The notes beneath the pieces were generated by a model. That model made no database searches. It was given only the letters and a program-made list of their open reading frames with translations, and was not told the origin of the DNA. From the NCBI GenBank assembly GCA_964016885.1, contig OZ024741.1:382106001-382170000 (forward strand): 64,000 nucleotides of DNA, given 5' to 3'. Below, in pieces: positions 51,425 through 64,000 of this stretch. Source of the DNA: Eledone cirrhosa (Eukaryota). Every line of letters starts with the position of its first letter. Position 1 is the stretch's first letter. A program made the translations under genes and the position numbers.

Positions 51425-52527
51425 AACTGCAACAAACCATCAAACATTTACAAGAGTTACCTCCCTCACATCCTACCTAATCCTTTTTCTTAAATAAATT
51501 AAATATCATCCAGCAAGAATTGCTTCCCCCTGCATATTAACTCTCTAAAAGGGGAAATCATATCAAACCACAGTCCACCATTTGCCTCCTTCACGGAACC
51601 ATGGTTCAACTAAGCACTCTTGCGATATTAACACATTTTGAACTGCTTAACTTCAATGAATGTGCTTGTAAATAACATTATTTTTTTCTTCCACATTGAC
51701 TTTTTACGTTCCACATTATGCACGTTTTTTTTTTCCTTTTTCTTTTTTCTTTTCACTTCTTAAACCTTGTTTGTATATAACATTATTCTTTCTGCACCTT
51801 CTGTTTAATGGCTGACACGTGGTTAGGGTGGCCTGGCCGGAGTCTGAAGTCGCTGCATGCTGTTTGACTGCTAAACAAGGACATAATCTTTACTCTACAT
51901 CCCACTCCGATAACTTATAGAGAATATCTATGATACAACTAAAGTTTCTTCATAAAATACTCTTTCTTTAACTAAACCTCGCAACCCAAAACCTTAAAAT
52001 TGTTTTTAAACTGTTTAATTTTCAATTTTCTAATTTTTAAATTTTATAATGGTAATCTTTTTTTTTTTTTAACTTCATCCTCTAAATCTAAATAAAATTT
52101 AACGTTCCAATCTTCTGCTCACACATTATACCATGTAGACCCCCACTATATATACCACTGTTATAATATATAACTCTGTTAAGATACGGGTCCTTCAGAA
52201 TAACTTTGTTCGCGGCAATTCCTGGCCTCACTGTAGCATGGCATTAATGCTGACTTTTCTTCCTCTTTCTTTCTGTCTTTTTTCTTGTAGCATGACATTA
52301 ACGCTGACTTTTCTTCTTCTTCCTTTCTGTTTTTATTCTCTTTGACCGGGTGGTTAGTAGCACACTATAAGCTTTAGCCCCCTCACCAGATAGCCTTAAG
52401 TAGGCCGAATGGGCAGCACTTGAGGGCGACCAGCTAAAGTGGAAGATGCTAGATGGTCGGTCGTCCTCGGGTCTATGATTTTCAGCCCCATGGATTTTAT
52501 CTGTTACATTCATTTATTATATTTCGA

Positions 52528-52579
52528 ATACCTGATGATATCACCGGATTCATACGGAACGCGGAAATGATCATAGTAT
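52528..52579 (+). ncRNA. Type I hammerhead ribozyme motif at PLE 3' end
   Basis: ATAC-CTGATGA-[weak stem II CCG/CGG]-GAAA-TGATCA-TA-GTAT; palindrome ATGATCAT. Confidence 0.72.
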
Positions 52580-52622
52580 AATAAACCTTTCAAGGATTTA
52601 CACATGTCCAGCCTCCTGTTAT

Positions 52623-52657
<35 letters not shown>

Positions 52658-53339
52658 ATAAGCACAACATATATTCATTTACATACCTTTACAGTATTAC
52701 TTTTAGTAATCAATCCAGATGGACTGATAATAGATGAGAATGGAATTGGGTTTATAACAAAAACTCAAATTCAAAACAACTGCGGTTCGACTTTTCGCAG
52801 AAATGTGTAGCTGAGTATATGTTTTTGGCATTTTGAAAGGTTCTTACAATCTATTAATAAAGGTCGGCGTAGATGGTTTTCTTGTTAGACAACCCGTTGA
52901 TTATTTTCCGAAATATATAATCAGTCTTTACAGTTTGGCATGTGAGTCAGACTTCTTTAACATTATAAATATACAAGAATGTAGGTAATCTATAAATGGT
53001 TCAGAGATATCTTACCAATAATTTCCTTTCAATATAGCAATATTGCGGCGGCGTAGTATTATCGATAAAATGTTTCACCACTATTGTTGGCATGAGATAT
53101 ATTCAGCATTCATTTCAACAAACTTGACTTTTGCTACTAATAATAATAATAATAATTAACGCCAATAATAGAGAACAAACTGCCACCAACCGACAAAAAA
53201 AAGAAAGAAAACCGTAGAACTCACTTCTATACAAAAATACAGTCATGCATACAAGCATACACAGACTCTCTATCTCTGACACACACACACAGACAGACAG
53301 ACAAACACACACACACACACACACACGCACACATACACA

Positions 53340-53391
<52 letters not shown>

Positions 53392-53394
53392 GTA

Positions 53395-56300
53395 TAAAAG
53401 AGAAAACACAGGTGAGCATTAAAAAAAGGATTTTATCCAGGTATTTACGACCGTTTCATTGGTAAGTGCAACCTTATATTGCTATACTGCAAATAGCAGC
53501 CACTCAATAATAATTGGTGTTCACGTCCAAATTTTAAAAATAGTGAGTAAGTTACTCTTAAAAATTGTGAGAGTCAAAGTGTCCCAGGTCCCGTTTAACG
53601 TGCCCAAACCTTGGCTGGCCGCGTCTGTCCTTGCTGGAATCGAGGACAGGACCACCGTACTGCAAATACAAACAATGTGAACAGAGAACTGGTCAGGTAT
53701 AGCCATGGAAATGCTAATACAAATTGACCAGGAGGGTATTGAGGCCATCCCAGATATCATAGACAACGAGGAAGGACTCCAACTCCAAATAAGCATGGAA
53801 AGAAGGCGCCTAAAGTTCTATCACTGAGGGCAAAAGGGTCACGTCAGGGCCTTTTGCCCACAGAAGAGAGCCAAGAAGAGGGCACCCTCCTTCTGACACC
53901 TGATCCGCTGCTACCAAGAGCAGGGTAGGCAACAGAGGCAGAAGACCCTTCCATGTTGATTAGGAGGGCAACGTCCGTGGCACCCATAACAAGGCCACGG
54001 ACAACTAAAATAGCGACAGCAGTGGCGGCAACACCAGTAGCAACATTTGCAGTAACTACACCAGCAACAAAATCGCCGGAGAATGCTATACTATCACCAC
54101 CAAAAGCAGTGGAGCACATACCCCTCCCAGATGCAACGCAATCCGACATGGAGTATGAGGCGGGTGTGAAGTGGAGAAAGGTCTGCCACAAAAAACAAAA
54201 ACGAAAGAACCACTTAGCTTCGCCCTCTAAAAGCAATGACAAACAAAGAAGGTTAAAGTCGCCAAGGTGACTTGCATCAACGTCACCACCATTACCACCA
54301 CAAGAATCACAAACAACAACCCCTTCACCACCAGCATCACCACAAATACCAACATCGCAAACACAAAAAGAACACACACCCAACAGCAACATGAAAAAAA
54401 ACAACAGCAACAAAACCACAGCTCCTCCAAAAAGGTACATAGCCATAAACATTGCACATCAAGGATTAATGGAACATATGAAACAGCATACCGATATTTC
54501 AGACATAAATTATCACACTCCACCAACATGAAGAACATTACCGGAAAATATTAACATTATGGAAATTGAACTGGAAGATTACAATCAATTAAAACAAAAT
54601 TTCCCAACGCGGTTGGAGGTTTCGGGGGGTCGCTCTCCAAGACAATCTATACAGATGTCATCTTGGAGACACCCATGACCAGCCGAAGGGACGGTTCTAC
54701 TGTCCCCTTCCCCAGACGATCAAGGAAGTGATCCTTTCTCACTTACCCTGTTTCCTCACACAGCATGGTCGTACTTAGAATAAGCAGTATAAATATACGT
54801 GGCCTGGGGTCATCTTGGAAGCATAATTACCTGCTCAATGACCTCAGGTCACTAAACATAGATGTGGTGGCCATCAGCGAGAGGAGATTATCAGTAGCAC
54901 GAGCCTTCGTACGGATCTTCCGCGGCTACAATGTATAAGTATCTCCCAGCCGTCCAGTGTCGGCGGAAGGAGTTGCTGCGCTTTTTCAGAGAGGCTTGGA
55001 ACTCGCCATATGGACCTTCTTCCTTTACCCAGAAGGTGAGTCGGTGATGCTGGACGTGACCGGCAGCGAAGGCAATGTGTTCAGGAAATGTGTTCCAAGC
55101 CGCCTACGTCTCAACAGGGGCAGGACGGCCAGATTTCTTCAGACGTCTAGAGATTTTCTTGGAACATCCCTCTCTTTAGTGTTAGTGGGCGACTGGAACA
55201 ACATCTTAGAAGCACGCTGGGATTATGTGGGGCTAGTTGACAATGGAGGAGGGTATAAAAGCTTCAACCAACTGCTCAGACGTTTTGAACAGTCTGACAG
55301 GTATAGACTGAATTATCCGAATGTGAAAATTTGGACATAGGCAAACCGCATCGGGTCATCTAGATCGTAATTTGACAGAGTATTCTATAGGGAAACAGAT
55401 AAAGATAGTGCAGGTGGTTCACAATTTAAATTAGTCCACTACACTGACCACAAATTTGTGATCTGCGATGTTGACTTAGATAGACTCCATAGGCAACGCG
55501 TCGTTACCGGCGCGCAATGTTTACAGAGACCGGATTAGCGAAATATTTAAGCGTGCGTTGACGGGTGCGATCACCAACAACAGGTGGCGGTTTACCCTGA
55601 ATAGGGCTAATAGAGTAGTATCGATAAGGTTTAGGAAATGAGTAGTAATAGAGGAAAATTGAGTAGAGGAAGAGTTAGTTAGAAAGCTAGAAGAGGCGTT
55701 TAGGACAGGCATCGCAACCGACGTGCTTGCGGCAAGATTGACACTCGACCAATGAAGGCTACGTTGTCAAAGCTAAAGCGCATGCTCTAAGGCACGATGG
55801 GACAAAAGCCGTTCAATGGGTTGTCTGGTGGAGGCGCAACATGGCAACAAGTCCCAAATCGGGCGCATGCTGCTCGAACGCGAGCAGATATGTGCGGCTT
55901 TTCAACAGCACTTTGCTCAATTGTTGGGGGGCGGCAGTGGGCCGGATCGGAGTATGGACTTTGGTGCATACCTCGACGGACTGCCGCAGTTCTCGACTAC
56001 TGTAGCCCAGTGGTGCGAAAAGTCGATAACAGCAGGTAAATTACGGGAAGCGATGTCTGACTGCACGAGGGGTAAATCGCCAGGTTTGGATGATATGCTC
56101 TACGAGCTTTATGCGTACATGTCAGACTTGTTCGGGTACCTTTTGGCAGATGTCTACTGCAACTGGCAGCAGAACGGGAGCATTCCCAGTTTTGTGAGCC
56201 GGGGGAGCGGTGGCACTGCTGCGAAAAGACCGGAACAAGGGTGCACGTTATAGACAACTTCAGGCCCATTACTCTACTAGACGCAGAGTTTAAGATTTTG

Positions 56301-58354
56301 GCCAAGGTGTTAGAAAAGAGATTGGCGCTTGTCGTCGGTCATCTGGTGGGAGAGGCGCAGACGTTCGCCATTCTGGACAGATCCATCCACTAAATGATAC
56401 AGAGGGTGGTAAAGGGATCTGGCACGGGTGGGGCCTTAATCAACTTGGATCAATCTAAAGCATTTGATAGGGTCGACAATCTGTATCTGGATGCGATCCT
56501 CGAGGCGGCGGGCTTCTGGCCCATTGTTAGTGGCTGGATCGCTGCGATGCACAGCGACATTTGCACTATTGTGATGCCGTTCAGCATCATGCACTCAGTC
56601 CGCCAGGTTTGTCCTCTCTCGTCCTCTTTTACGTATTGACCCTCGAGCCGTTAATGCACAAATTGGCGACAATGAGGGGGGCCCCACGCAAACTGGAATG
56701 CGGGAGATATGTGTCAGATTACGCCGACGACGTCACCGAAGTGGTGTCGAGCACCAAAAACGTCCAGATGCTCGACACCGCTCTCACGGAATACGACGCG
56801 TTGACAAGACCAAAGATAAACCAGGAACAATCGATGGAATTGAAACTCGGCATCTGGAGAGGCATGTCCATGCCGTCCGATAGCGTCGTGGGGCACTGGA
56901 CCAAAGGACCTGTTAAATTACTCGGTGCCTGTTTCGGTCCCAGCCTCCAGATGGAAAAAAACTGGAGTGAAGTGACGTGCAGGGTGGCCTCTCTCACCTA
57001 GAAATGGGCCGAGAGGAGGTTGTCTCTGAGAGGTCGGGTGGATATGGCGAATGCGTACATCGGGTCTGTCATCTGCTATCGACTGATCGTCGTACCTTCA
57101 TCCCGCTCAACTCTGACCAAAATGGAGCGTCTTCTCTTCCGCTTTTTGTGTAAGGGAGGTGCTCCCATGATCAGACGATCCATCTTCTGTCAACGCCCGT
57201 TGCATGGAGGACTAGGCATGCAGGGGATGATGATGCGCAAACATATGCTGAGTCTGCCACATATCTGGTACTTCCTTGACGGTGAACAGGTATGGTCGCC
57301 GTTTACCAGACACGCCTTTCCCCAACTCAACTCCTTGACGGAGCTGCAGTCCTAGATCAGGAAAAGACAGAGAGGGATAGCGCCTGGAAGATGGAATTTC
57401 TCCAAGCGCTCACCACCCTCTACCAGCTGGGCACTATTATCGGTGGAACATCCACCTCGGCGTTCTATATTTGGCTAGTGGAGAGGAAGTGTGACGACGT
57501 TCTCGGGGAGAACCTGGGCGCCGAAGACGATCAACTGTTCGCTGTCTTCAAGAGAACTTTCAGCCCAGGGTCTATGGATAACTTCCAGAAATCTATGACA
57601 TGGCAGTCCTACCGGAGAGCGTTGCCGTTACCGGATAAGCTCTACAGGCACGGAGGTGCTGTCAGCCGAGCCTATCCGAGATGCGTTCTGGGCGACGAAA
57701 CCATCCTGCACGCACTCGTTCAGTGCCCGAGGATTGCTGACTTGTGGATCTATGTTGAACATTTGCTGTCACGTGTAGGACGGATCAGGTTATCTACTGA
57801 GTACATTGTGTAGATAGCCCCGCCGTCATCCTTTAAGGCCGAGGAAGGGCAGGCAGTTTTCATCTGCCTGGGGGCAATGAAGAAAGAGATTGTGTGGTGG
57901 ACAAGGTTGAAAGAATTGAAAACGGACACTTTCCTCTTCGGCGAATCCCTGATTAACTTTTCAAATTTTACTTGAATAGGAAAATCAGGATGGAGAGGCA
58001 AGTGCTGTCTTGAAGTAAGTCTGTTGAAAGCTGGGTGAAAGTGGCGAGTCTAGTCTCACAGAACGGATCCGCTCTGAGTATGCGGCAGTAGACTGAGGAG
58101 TGGTACACTTAGAGAGGGCGCTTGACTTGTGGTCAGGGTGGCCGTTGTCTTTTGTGTGGTTTTCGCCACGAGTGACCCTCGGAAGTGTCCCCCCTATTGG
58201 GGAATTTTTGTTGTTTGAATTTTTTTGATATTTCTATCTATTTGTTATAACCTGTTTTACATGGCCAAAACCCACTTTTTGTCGTCCTGTACTGTTTGGT
58301 GCCGTCTGTAATGTTTTTCTTCCTGTTAGCCCCTGTGGCCAATAAAGAAACCAA

Positions 58355-58383
<29 letters not shown>
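53395..58383 (+). mobile_element. Near full-length degenerate Tx1/L1-clade LINE: gag-like ORF1 (about 53400-54740), ORF2 APE-RT-Zn knuckle (about 54765-58090), (ATT)n tail
   Basis: Decayed knuckle FYH*GQKGHVRAFC; SINIRGL, VGDWNNIL, TDHK, GKSPGLD, RPITLL, LDQSKAFDRV, YADDVT, LSLRGRV, GGLG, ETILHALVQCP. Confidence 0.92.
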
Positions 58384-58386
<3 letters not shown>

Positions 58387-60680
58387 CCTATAACAGCTGC
58401 TGAAGTACGAGAGGCAATGACTGGCTGCACAAGGGGTAAATCGCCTGGTTTGGATGGTCTGCCCTATGAACTTTCCGTACAGATGCCATACTTATTCGGA
58501 GGCCGCTGGCGGACGTACCACAAATGGCAACAGATCGGGAGGATTTCCAGATCTGTGAGCCGAGGAGCGGTGGCGTGTTGAGAAAAGATCCGAACAAGGG
58601 GGATAACATAGATAATGCCTGGCCCATAACTCTGCTTAACACAGAGTTCAAGATTTTGGCCAAGGTGCTAGAAAAGAGGTTGACGCTTGTCGTTGGTGAT
58701 CTGCTGGGAGAGGCGCAGACATGCGCCATTCCAGACAGATCCATCCACGACATGCGATACATTGTGGAGAAGGTAGCTATTGAATCTGACACGGGTGGGT
58801 CCTTGATCAATTTAGATTAGTCGAAAGCTTTCGATAGGGTTGACCATCGTTATCTGGCGGCAGTCCAGAGGGCGGCTGGATTTGGGCCCGTCTTCAGAGG
58901 CTGTGGCAAGAGTGAACGGTCACCTTTCGGAACCGTTCAACATCATGCGCTCGGTCCACCAAGGATCTACTCTCTCATTCTTGTTGTACGTATTGACTCT
59001 TGAGCCATTACTACAGAAACTGGAGACATTGAGGGGGTTCCCACGTGAAGTAGGATGCGGAAGAACCGTGTCAGCATATGCAGACGATCTCACCGTAGTG
59101 GTGTCGAACACCAAACACATCGAGGCAATTGGCACCACACTAAGAGAATACGAGGTAGTGACAGGAGCAATGATGAACCAGGAAAAATCAGTAGGCCTGC
59201 AATTCGGCACCTGGAGAGGCAGGTCCATCCCGCCAACAGCGTCGGCGGTCGCTGGCCGGACGGACCGTTTAAATTGCTAGGGGTCTGGTTCGGTCCGGAC
59301 CTCCTGACGGACAAAAACTGGGAGGAGGTCACGAGCAAGTTGTTTACTGTCACGCAGAAATGGGCCGAGAGGAAGCTATCCCTGAAAGGTCGAGTGGAGG
59401 TGGCGAATGCGTACATCGCGTCCGTCATCTACTACGGCTTGACCGTCGTGCCTTGTCCTAAGCCTCGCCTGACTGAACTGGAGAATTTGCTCTTTTACTT
59501 TTTTTGGAAGGAATGTGCTCCGATAGTGAGGCGGTCCATCTGCTGTCAACACCCGCTACTCGAGGGATGGGAATGCCGTGGCTGATGATGTATAGACAGA
59601 CATACGCTCAGGCTACGGCATCTCCACCTCTTCCCCGATGGTGATCAGGTGTGGCGCTCTTTGATAGACACATGTTTCCCCAGCTCGTCTCCTTGGCGGA
59701 GCTGCAGACCTGGGTCAAGCGAAGATTGAGAGGAAGTGTTTGGAGACTAGAATGTCTTCATGCGCTTACAGCCCTCGAGCAGTCGAGCAATACAATCGCT
59801 GGAAACTCCATCTAGAGGATTAGTGGAAGGAAAGTGCAACCACTTCCTTGGGGGAGACTCTAGGTGTCGACGAAAATCAAATAGCCAATCTCTTCGGGAG
59901 AACTTTCGGGCCGGGGCCCATGGACAACTTCCAGCAATCCCTTTCCTGGCAGTGCTACCGAGGAGCCTTGCCAGTTCGGGATAAACTCTACAGGCATGGA
60001 AGTGGCGTCAGCCGAGCCCGTCCGACATGCGGACAGGACGATGAAGCCGTCCAGCACGCACTCATCCAGTGGCCGAGTACTGCAGATTTGTGGGTTTATG
60101 CCGAAAACCTGCTGTCACGTGTAGAACGGATCCGGCTATAAGCTGAGTCCATTGTGAAAATTGCCCCGCTGCCTTCCTTTACCTGAGAAGGGCAGGAAGT
60201 TTTATCTGCCTCGTGGCCATGGTAAAAGAGATTGTATGGTGGACACGTCTGAAAGGGATGAAGACCGATTCTTTCTTCTTCGGTGACGCCCTCATTAACA
60301 TTTTAATCTTAAGAGGAAAATTAGGGTGGAGAGGGAAGTGCTGACCTCCAACCAGTTTGTTGAAAGGTGGGTGAGAGAGGCAATAATGGCCCGTATGAAG
60401 GGTCTACCTTGAGCGTGTGCCTGTAGCATTGTAGGAGGAAAACTGGAAGAAGGCATTGCCCTACTGGTCAGGGTAACCGTGGCTTTTTTGTGGGCTTTCT
60501 CCACAAGCAACACTCGGATGTCTCCCCCTTGTTGGTAATTTTTGATTGTTTGCTTTTGTCACACTCTGTTTTTGTTTTTGTATTTTTACACGCAGAAATA
60601 CCCATTTGTGTGGTCCTTAATGTTATACTTTGTTTCAACCCTTGTGGTTAATAAAGAAATCATTATTATTACTATTATTA
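58384..60680 (+). mobile_element. 5'-truncated Tx1/L1-like LINE inserted in the (ATT)n tail of the preceding copy
   Basis: Begins right after (ATT)n at PITAAEVREAM..GKSPGLDGLPYE; AYADDLT; own AATAAAGAAATC(ATT)n tail. Confidence 0.92.
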
Positions 60681-63640
60681 CAGTTGCATTTATCTTGCTT
60701 TATGTTCATACGAGTTATCACCAAGTCACAACCAGTGACCTCAAGAGACAACAAGGTCCGCCATGTTCAAGAAAGAACATACATACTCACACATGCATCT
60801 TTAGTGTTTAGACTTGTGATGTACTTATATTGACAGAATCTTCCATAGTATATGGGCAGTTCCCATTAGTACTATCTTTTGTATTTCTCCTATACGCGGG
60901 TTTCCTGGGATTTGCGATAAGTAATCATTAGACCCCTTAGGTATCATTCCCAGAGCGCCTACAACCACTGGTATTGTTTTAGTTCTCAATTTCCACTTTT
61001 TCCAATTTCTATCTCGAGGTCCTTATACTTGCTCAATTTTTCAAATGTTTTTATAGATACATTCTTGTCTATTGGAACAGACATATCAATTAGCAGGCAT
61101 ACCCTCTTTCTAAAGTCCTTCAATATTATATCAGGTCAATATGCATCTATTGTTCGGTCTGTTTGGATGCTAAAGTTCCACAAGATTGAGATGTGATCTT
61201 TTTCAAGTATGGGAGGTGGTTGATGCTCCCACCAATTCTTTTGATGGGGCAGGTCAAAATGCTTACACATTAGCCAATGTATGTATTGTGCAGCTCTGTC
61301 ATGCCTGTTTAGGTATTCGGTTGGAGCTATAGGACTGCACATTGAAATTATATGGTCAATGGTCTATGGTTGTTGTTTGCATACACGGCATAATGGGCTG
61401 CATCCATATTTTATTATGTTGGCTTGGTAATTTTTTGTTGCCAGACACTGATCTTGTGCTGATATAATCAGTCCTTCAGTCTCCGATTTCAGTCCAGAGG
61501 ATGCCAACCACTGATGGGTTAACGTTTTGTCAACATCAGGATTGTTAGCTCGCTCTGGGTATTTTCCATACATAGGCTTTTCTTGCCATTTCTTAGCCAG
61601 TTTCTGTAGCAGATATTTCTTTGCAGTTACTTTTACCGGCTTTGCTTTTTCTGTGTTTTCCATTTCAGCAGTAAATGGGACTCTGAAATTTGTACTCCAT
61701 TACTGTATCTTTGTTCATCTTTTGTAATGGAATATGATCTTGTTGATGCTTTCGTGTTTCAAAACGAGTTTGATCATCCAATCATGTGATTCCCTTAGAT
61801 ATGTAGATAATGCAATTGTTGCAGTTTTCAACGCAATGTCTAACTGGATTAACGCACGTCCTCCTTCTTTCCTAGGGAGATATATTCTATCTATATCTGC
61901 CTTAGGGTGATGCATTCTGTGCATGGTTAAGAATTTTCGAATTTTTGTATCGAGCCTACGGATCTCTGTGTTTGACCAGTTGATGACGTTGTAACTGTAG
62001 GTTACTACTGGTATGGGAAGCGTGTTTATGGCATCGAACTTATTCCTTGCATTTAATTCCGTTCTTAAGATTGCTCTTACTCTGCGGTAACATTCCTTCC
62101 TTATCCTTTCCCTCATTGTTGAGTGATTGATTCCGTCTCCTTCACAAACACCTAGATATTTGTAAGTTTTTTCTTGATCAAGTTCTCTTATCACGTTCCC
62201 CCGATCAAGATTAATGTCTGAACTCTTCAGCAGCTTTCCTGTGGTGAATGTTGCTTTAGCGCATTTATCTTGTCCAAACTCCATTTTAATGTCATCACTG
62301 AACTGTTCCACAGTGGATAATAGCCATTGCAATTGTTCATCATTTTTTGCAAATAGTTTCAGGTCATCCATGTAGAACAAGTGATTAATGGTTTTGTCAT
62401 AGACTCTATATCCATGTATAATTTCATTGAGCATTTTACTTAATGGTATAAATGCGATGCAGAATAAAAGCGGTGATAAAGAGTCACCCTGAAAAATTCC
62501 ACAATTAATATTAACTTCTCCAGCTTCCAGTGATTTTGTTTCACTATTCAAAAGGAGTGTCGTTTTCCATCCCTTCATACTGAATGACAAAAATCTCCTG
62601 ACAACGCGGGATATTTTGAAAATCTCTAAACATTTTTCAATCCAACAGTGTGGCAAACTATCGAATGCTTTTTTATAATCTATCCAAGCAATCGATAGAT
62701 TTTTCTGTCTATTATGACAATCTTCCAGTATCATTTTGTTATCCAAAAGCTGATCCTTACAGTCATATGAGTCTCGTTTACACCCTTTCTGCTCAATGGT
62801 AAATAGGTCATTTTCTATCAGGTGGTCATATGTGTATTCAGTTAGGACTGATGTTAAAATGTTATACATTGTGGTCAAACAAGTTATCGGTCTGTAATTT
62901 TTGGGATTGTTTATCTCATCATTCTTCGGAAGCAGGAATGTAATGCCGTTAACTAGCCATGATGGTATCTTTTCTGTCACATTAACTATTTTATTGTAAA
63001 GTTGGGCTAACAGCTCATGAGACTCTGTGAAGGCATTTATCCAAAAAATTGTATTTTGTCTTTTCCTGGGGATTTCCATTTGCTGGCCTTTCTTAGAGCC
63101 AAGCGCAACTGTTCAACTGTTATATTTTCCCATATTTGTTCCTCAAGGTGAGTTGTATCTTTCATTTGTCTGTCTATCCATGGGGCATGTATGTTATGAA
63201 CTTTTTCTTCGGCCCAGATCTTTTCCCAGAATTCTTGCACTTCCTCCTTGGGTGGTATTGATTTAGTAGTTATTGTTAACTTACCAATTTTTCTGTAGAA
63301 CTTTCTTTGGTTGTTTTTGAACATATTATTGTCCTTATAGAATCTAGATCGTTTTTTAAAGCGCCTTATACGAGCAGCTTTGGCCGACACTTTTTGCTTG
63401 ATTATTTCTATCAGCATGTCTATGTCACTTGTTGATTTTATACTGTGCTTTCTTTTCAATTTTCTAAGTTTATTTGTTTAACATGTTCACCTACTTTATA
63501 GTTTGCTAAAATTTCTGTCAGATCGGAGAAGGTTTATTTGGCAATTGATGTTCTCTTGCCAAGTAGATTTATTGTGGGAATTCCTTTGTTTTTTCATCTT
63601 CACTCCACATAAGTGAGTGGTGACTTTAGCCGATGCTTAT
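60681..63640 (-). mobile_element. R4/Dong-clade non-LTR retrotransposon (RT + CCHC + restriction-like endonuclease), 5'-truncated, in (TAA)n
   Basis: EQKGC, WIDYKKAFDS, GIFQGDSLSPLLF, HLFYMDDLK, YKYLG, ETEGLIISAQDQ, CRVC..HIISMC, RHD, PDII..LIDMSVP..EKLSKYKDL. Confidence 0.93.
61715..63079 (-). pseudogene. R4/Dong reverse transcriptase domain, frameshifted at both ends
   Basis: 454-aa open segment with complete RT motifs. Confidence 0.9.
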
Positions 63641-63672
63641 TAATATTATTATTATTATTATTATTATTATTA

Positions 63673-64000
63673 CAGTTGCATTTATCTTGCTTTATGTTCA
63701 TACGAGTTATCACCAAGTCACAACCAGTGACCTCAAGAGACAACAAGGTCCGCCATGTTCAAGAAAGAACATACATATTCACACATGCATCTTTAGTGTT
63801 TAGACTTGTGATGTACTTATATTGACAGAATCTTCCTTAGTATATGGGCAGTTCCCATTAGTACTATCTTTTGTATTTCTCCTATACGCGGGTTTCCTGG
63901 GATTTGCGATAAGTAATCATTAGACCCATTAGGTATCATTCCCAGAGCGCCTACAACCACTGGTAGTTTTAGTTCTCAATTTCCACTTTTTCCAATTTCT
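63673..64000 (-). mobile_element. Second R4/Dong copy, 3' end (continues beyond window)
   Basis: Near-identical to 60681-61010; abuts (TTA)n 63644-63672. Confidence 0.93.

Larger units (their letters stand above)
48050..52620 (+). mobile_element. Near full-length degenerate PLE (Neptune-like) with upstream accessory ORF, RT-GIY-YIG, long 3' UTR and HHR; flanked by (TA)n
   Basis: IVNLTSKELT..ILSKGQKFTPTP, IKEADKGSAVV, FYGIPKTHK, LRPIIA, FDVINLYSNI, GTAMGT, LPFLDI, SCHP, NLIYVLTC..YIGQ. Confidence 0.9.

Overview
AT-rich eukaryotic (animal) DNA with no supportable host gene. The window is essentially retroelements and microsatellites. Its repeated tRNA-type SINE and compound CA/TA/TG microsatellites suggest an octopod cephalopod (inference, not verified). 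It contains: (i) at least five Penelope-like elements (PLEs; RT and/or GIY-YIG remnants, several with inverted terminal repeats); (ii) about a dozen minimal hammerhead ribozyme (HHR) motifs of at least six sequence types, some in ORF-less cassettes; (iii) degenerate RTE, HERO-like, Tx1/L1-like and R4/Dong-like non-LTR elements, the last two stacked in (ATT)n/(TAA)n tracts; (iv) five SINEs plus a fragment. The most notable signals are two mutually homologous accessory ORFs (helical core plus low-complexity repeat tail) linked to Neptune-like PLEs, an ORF-less fold-back made of two HHR-bearing pLTR arms, and recurring microsatellite-centred palindromes that hold HHR cassettes. All motif calls and alignments were made by eye; boundaries are approximate.
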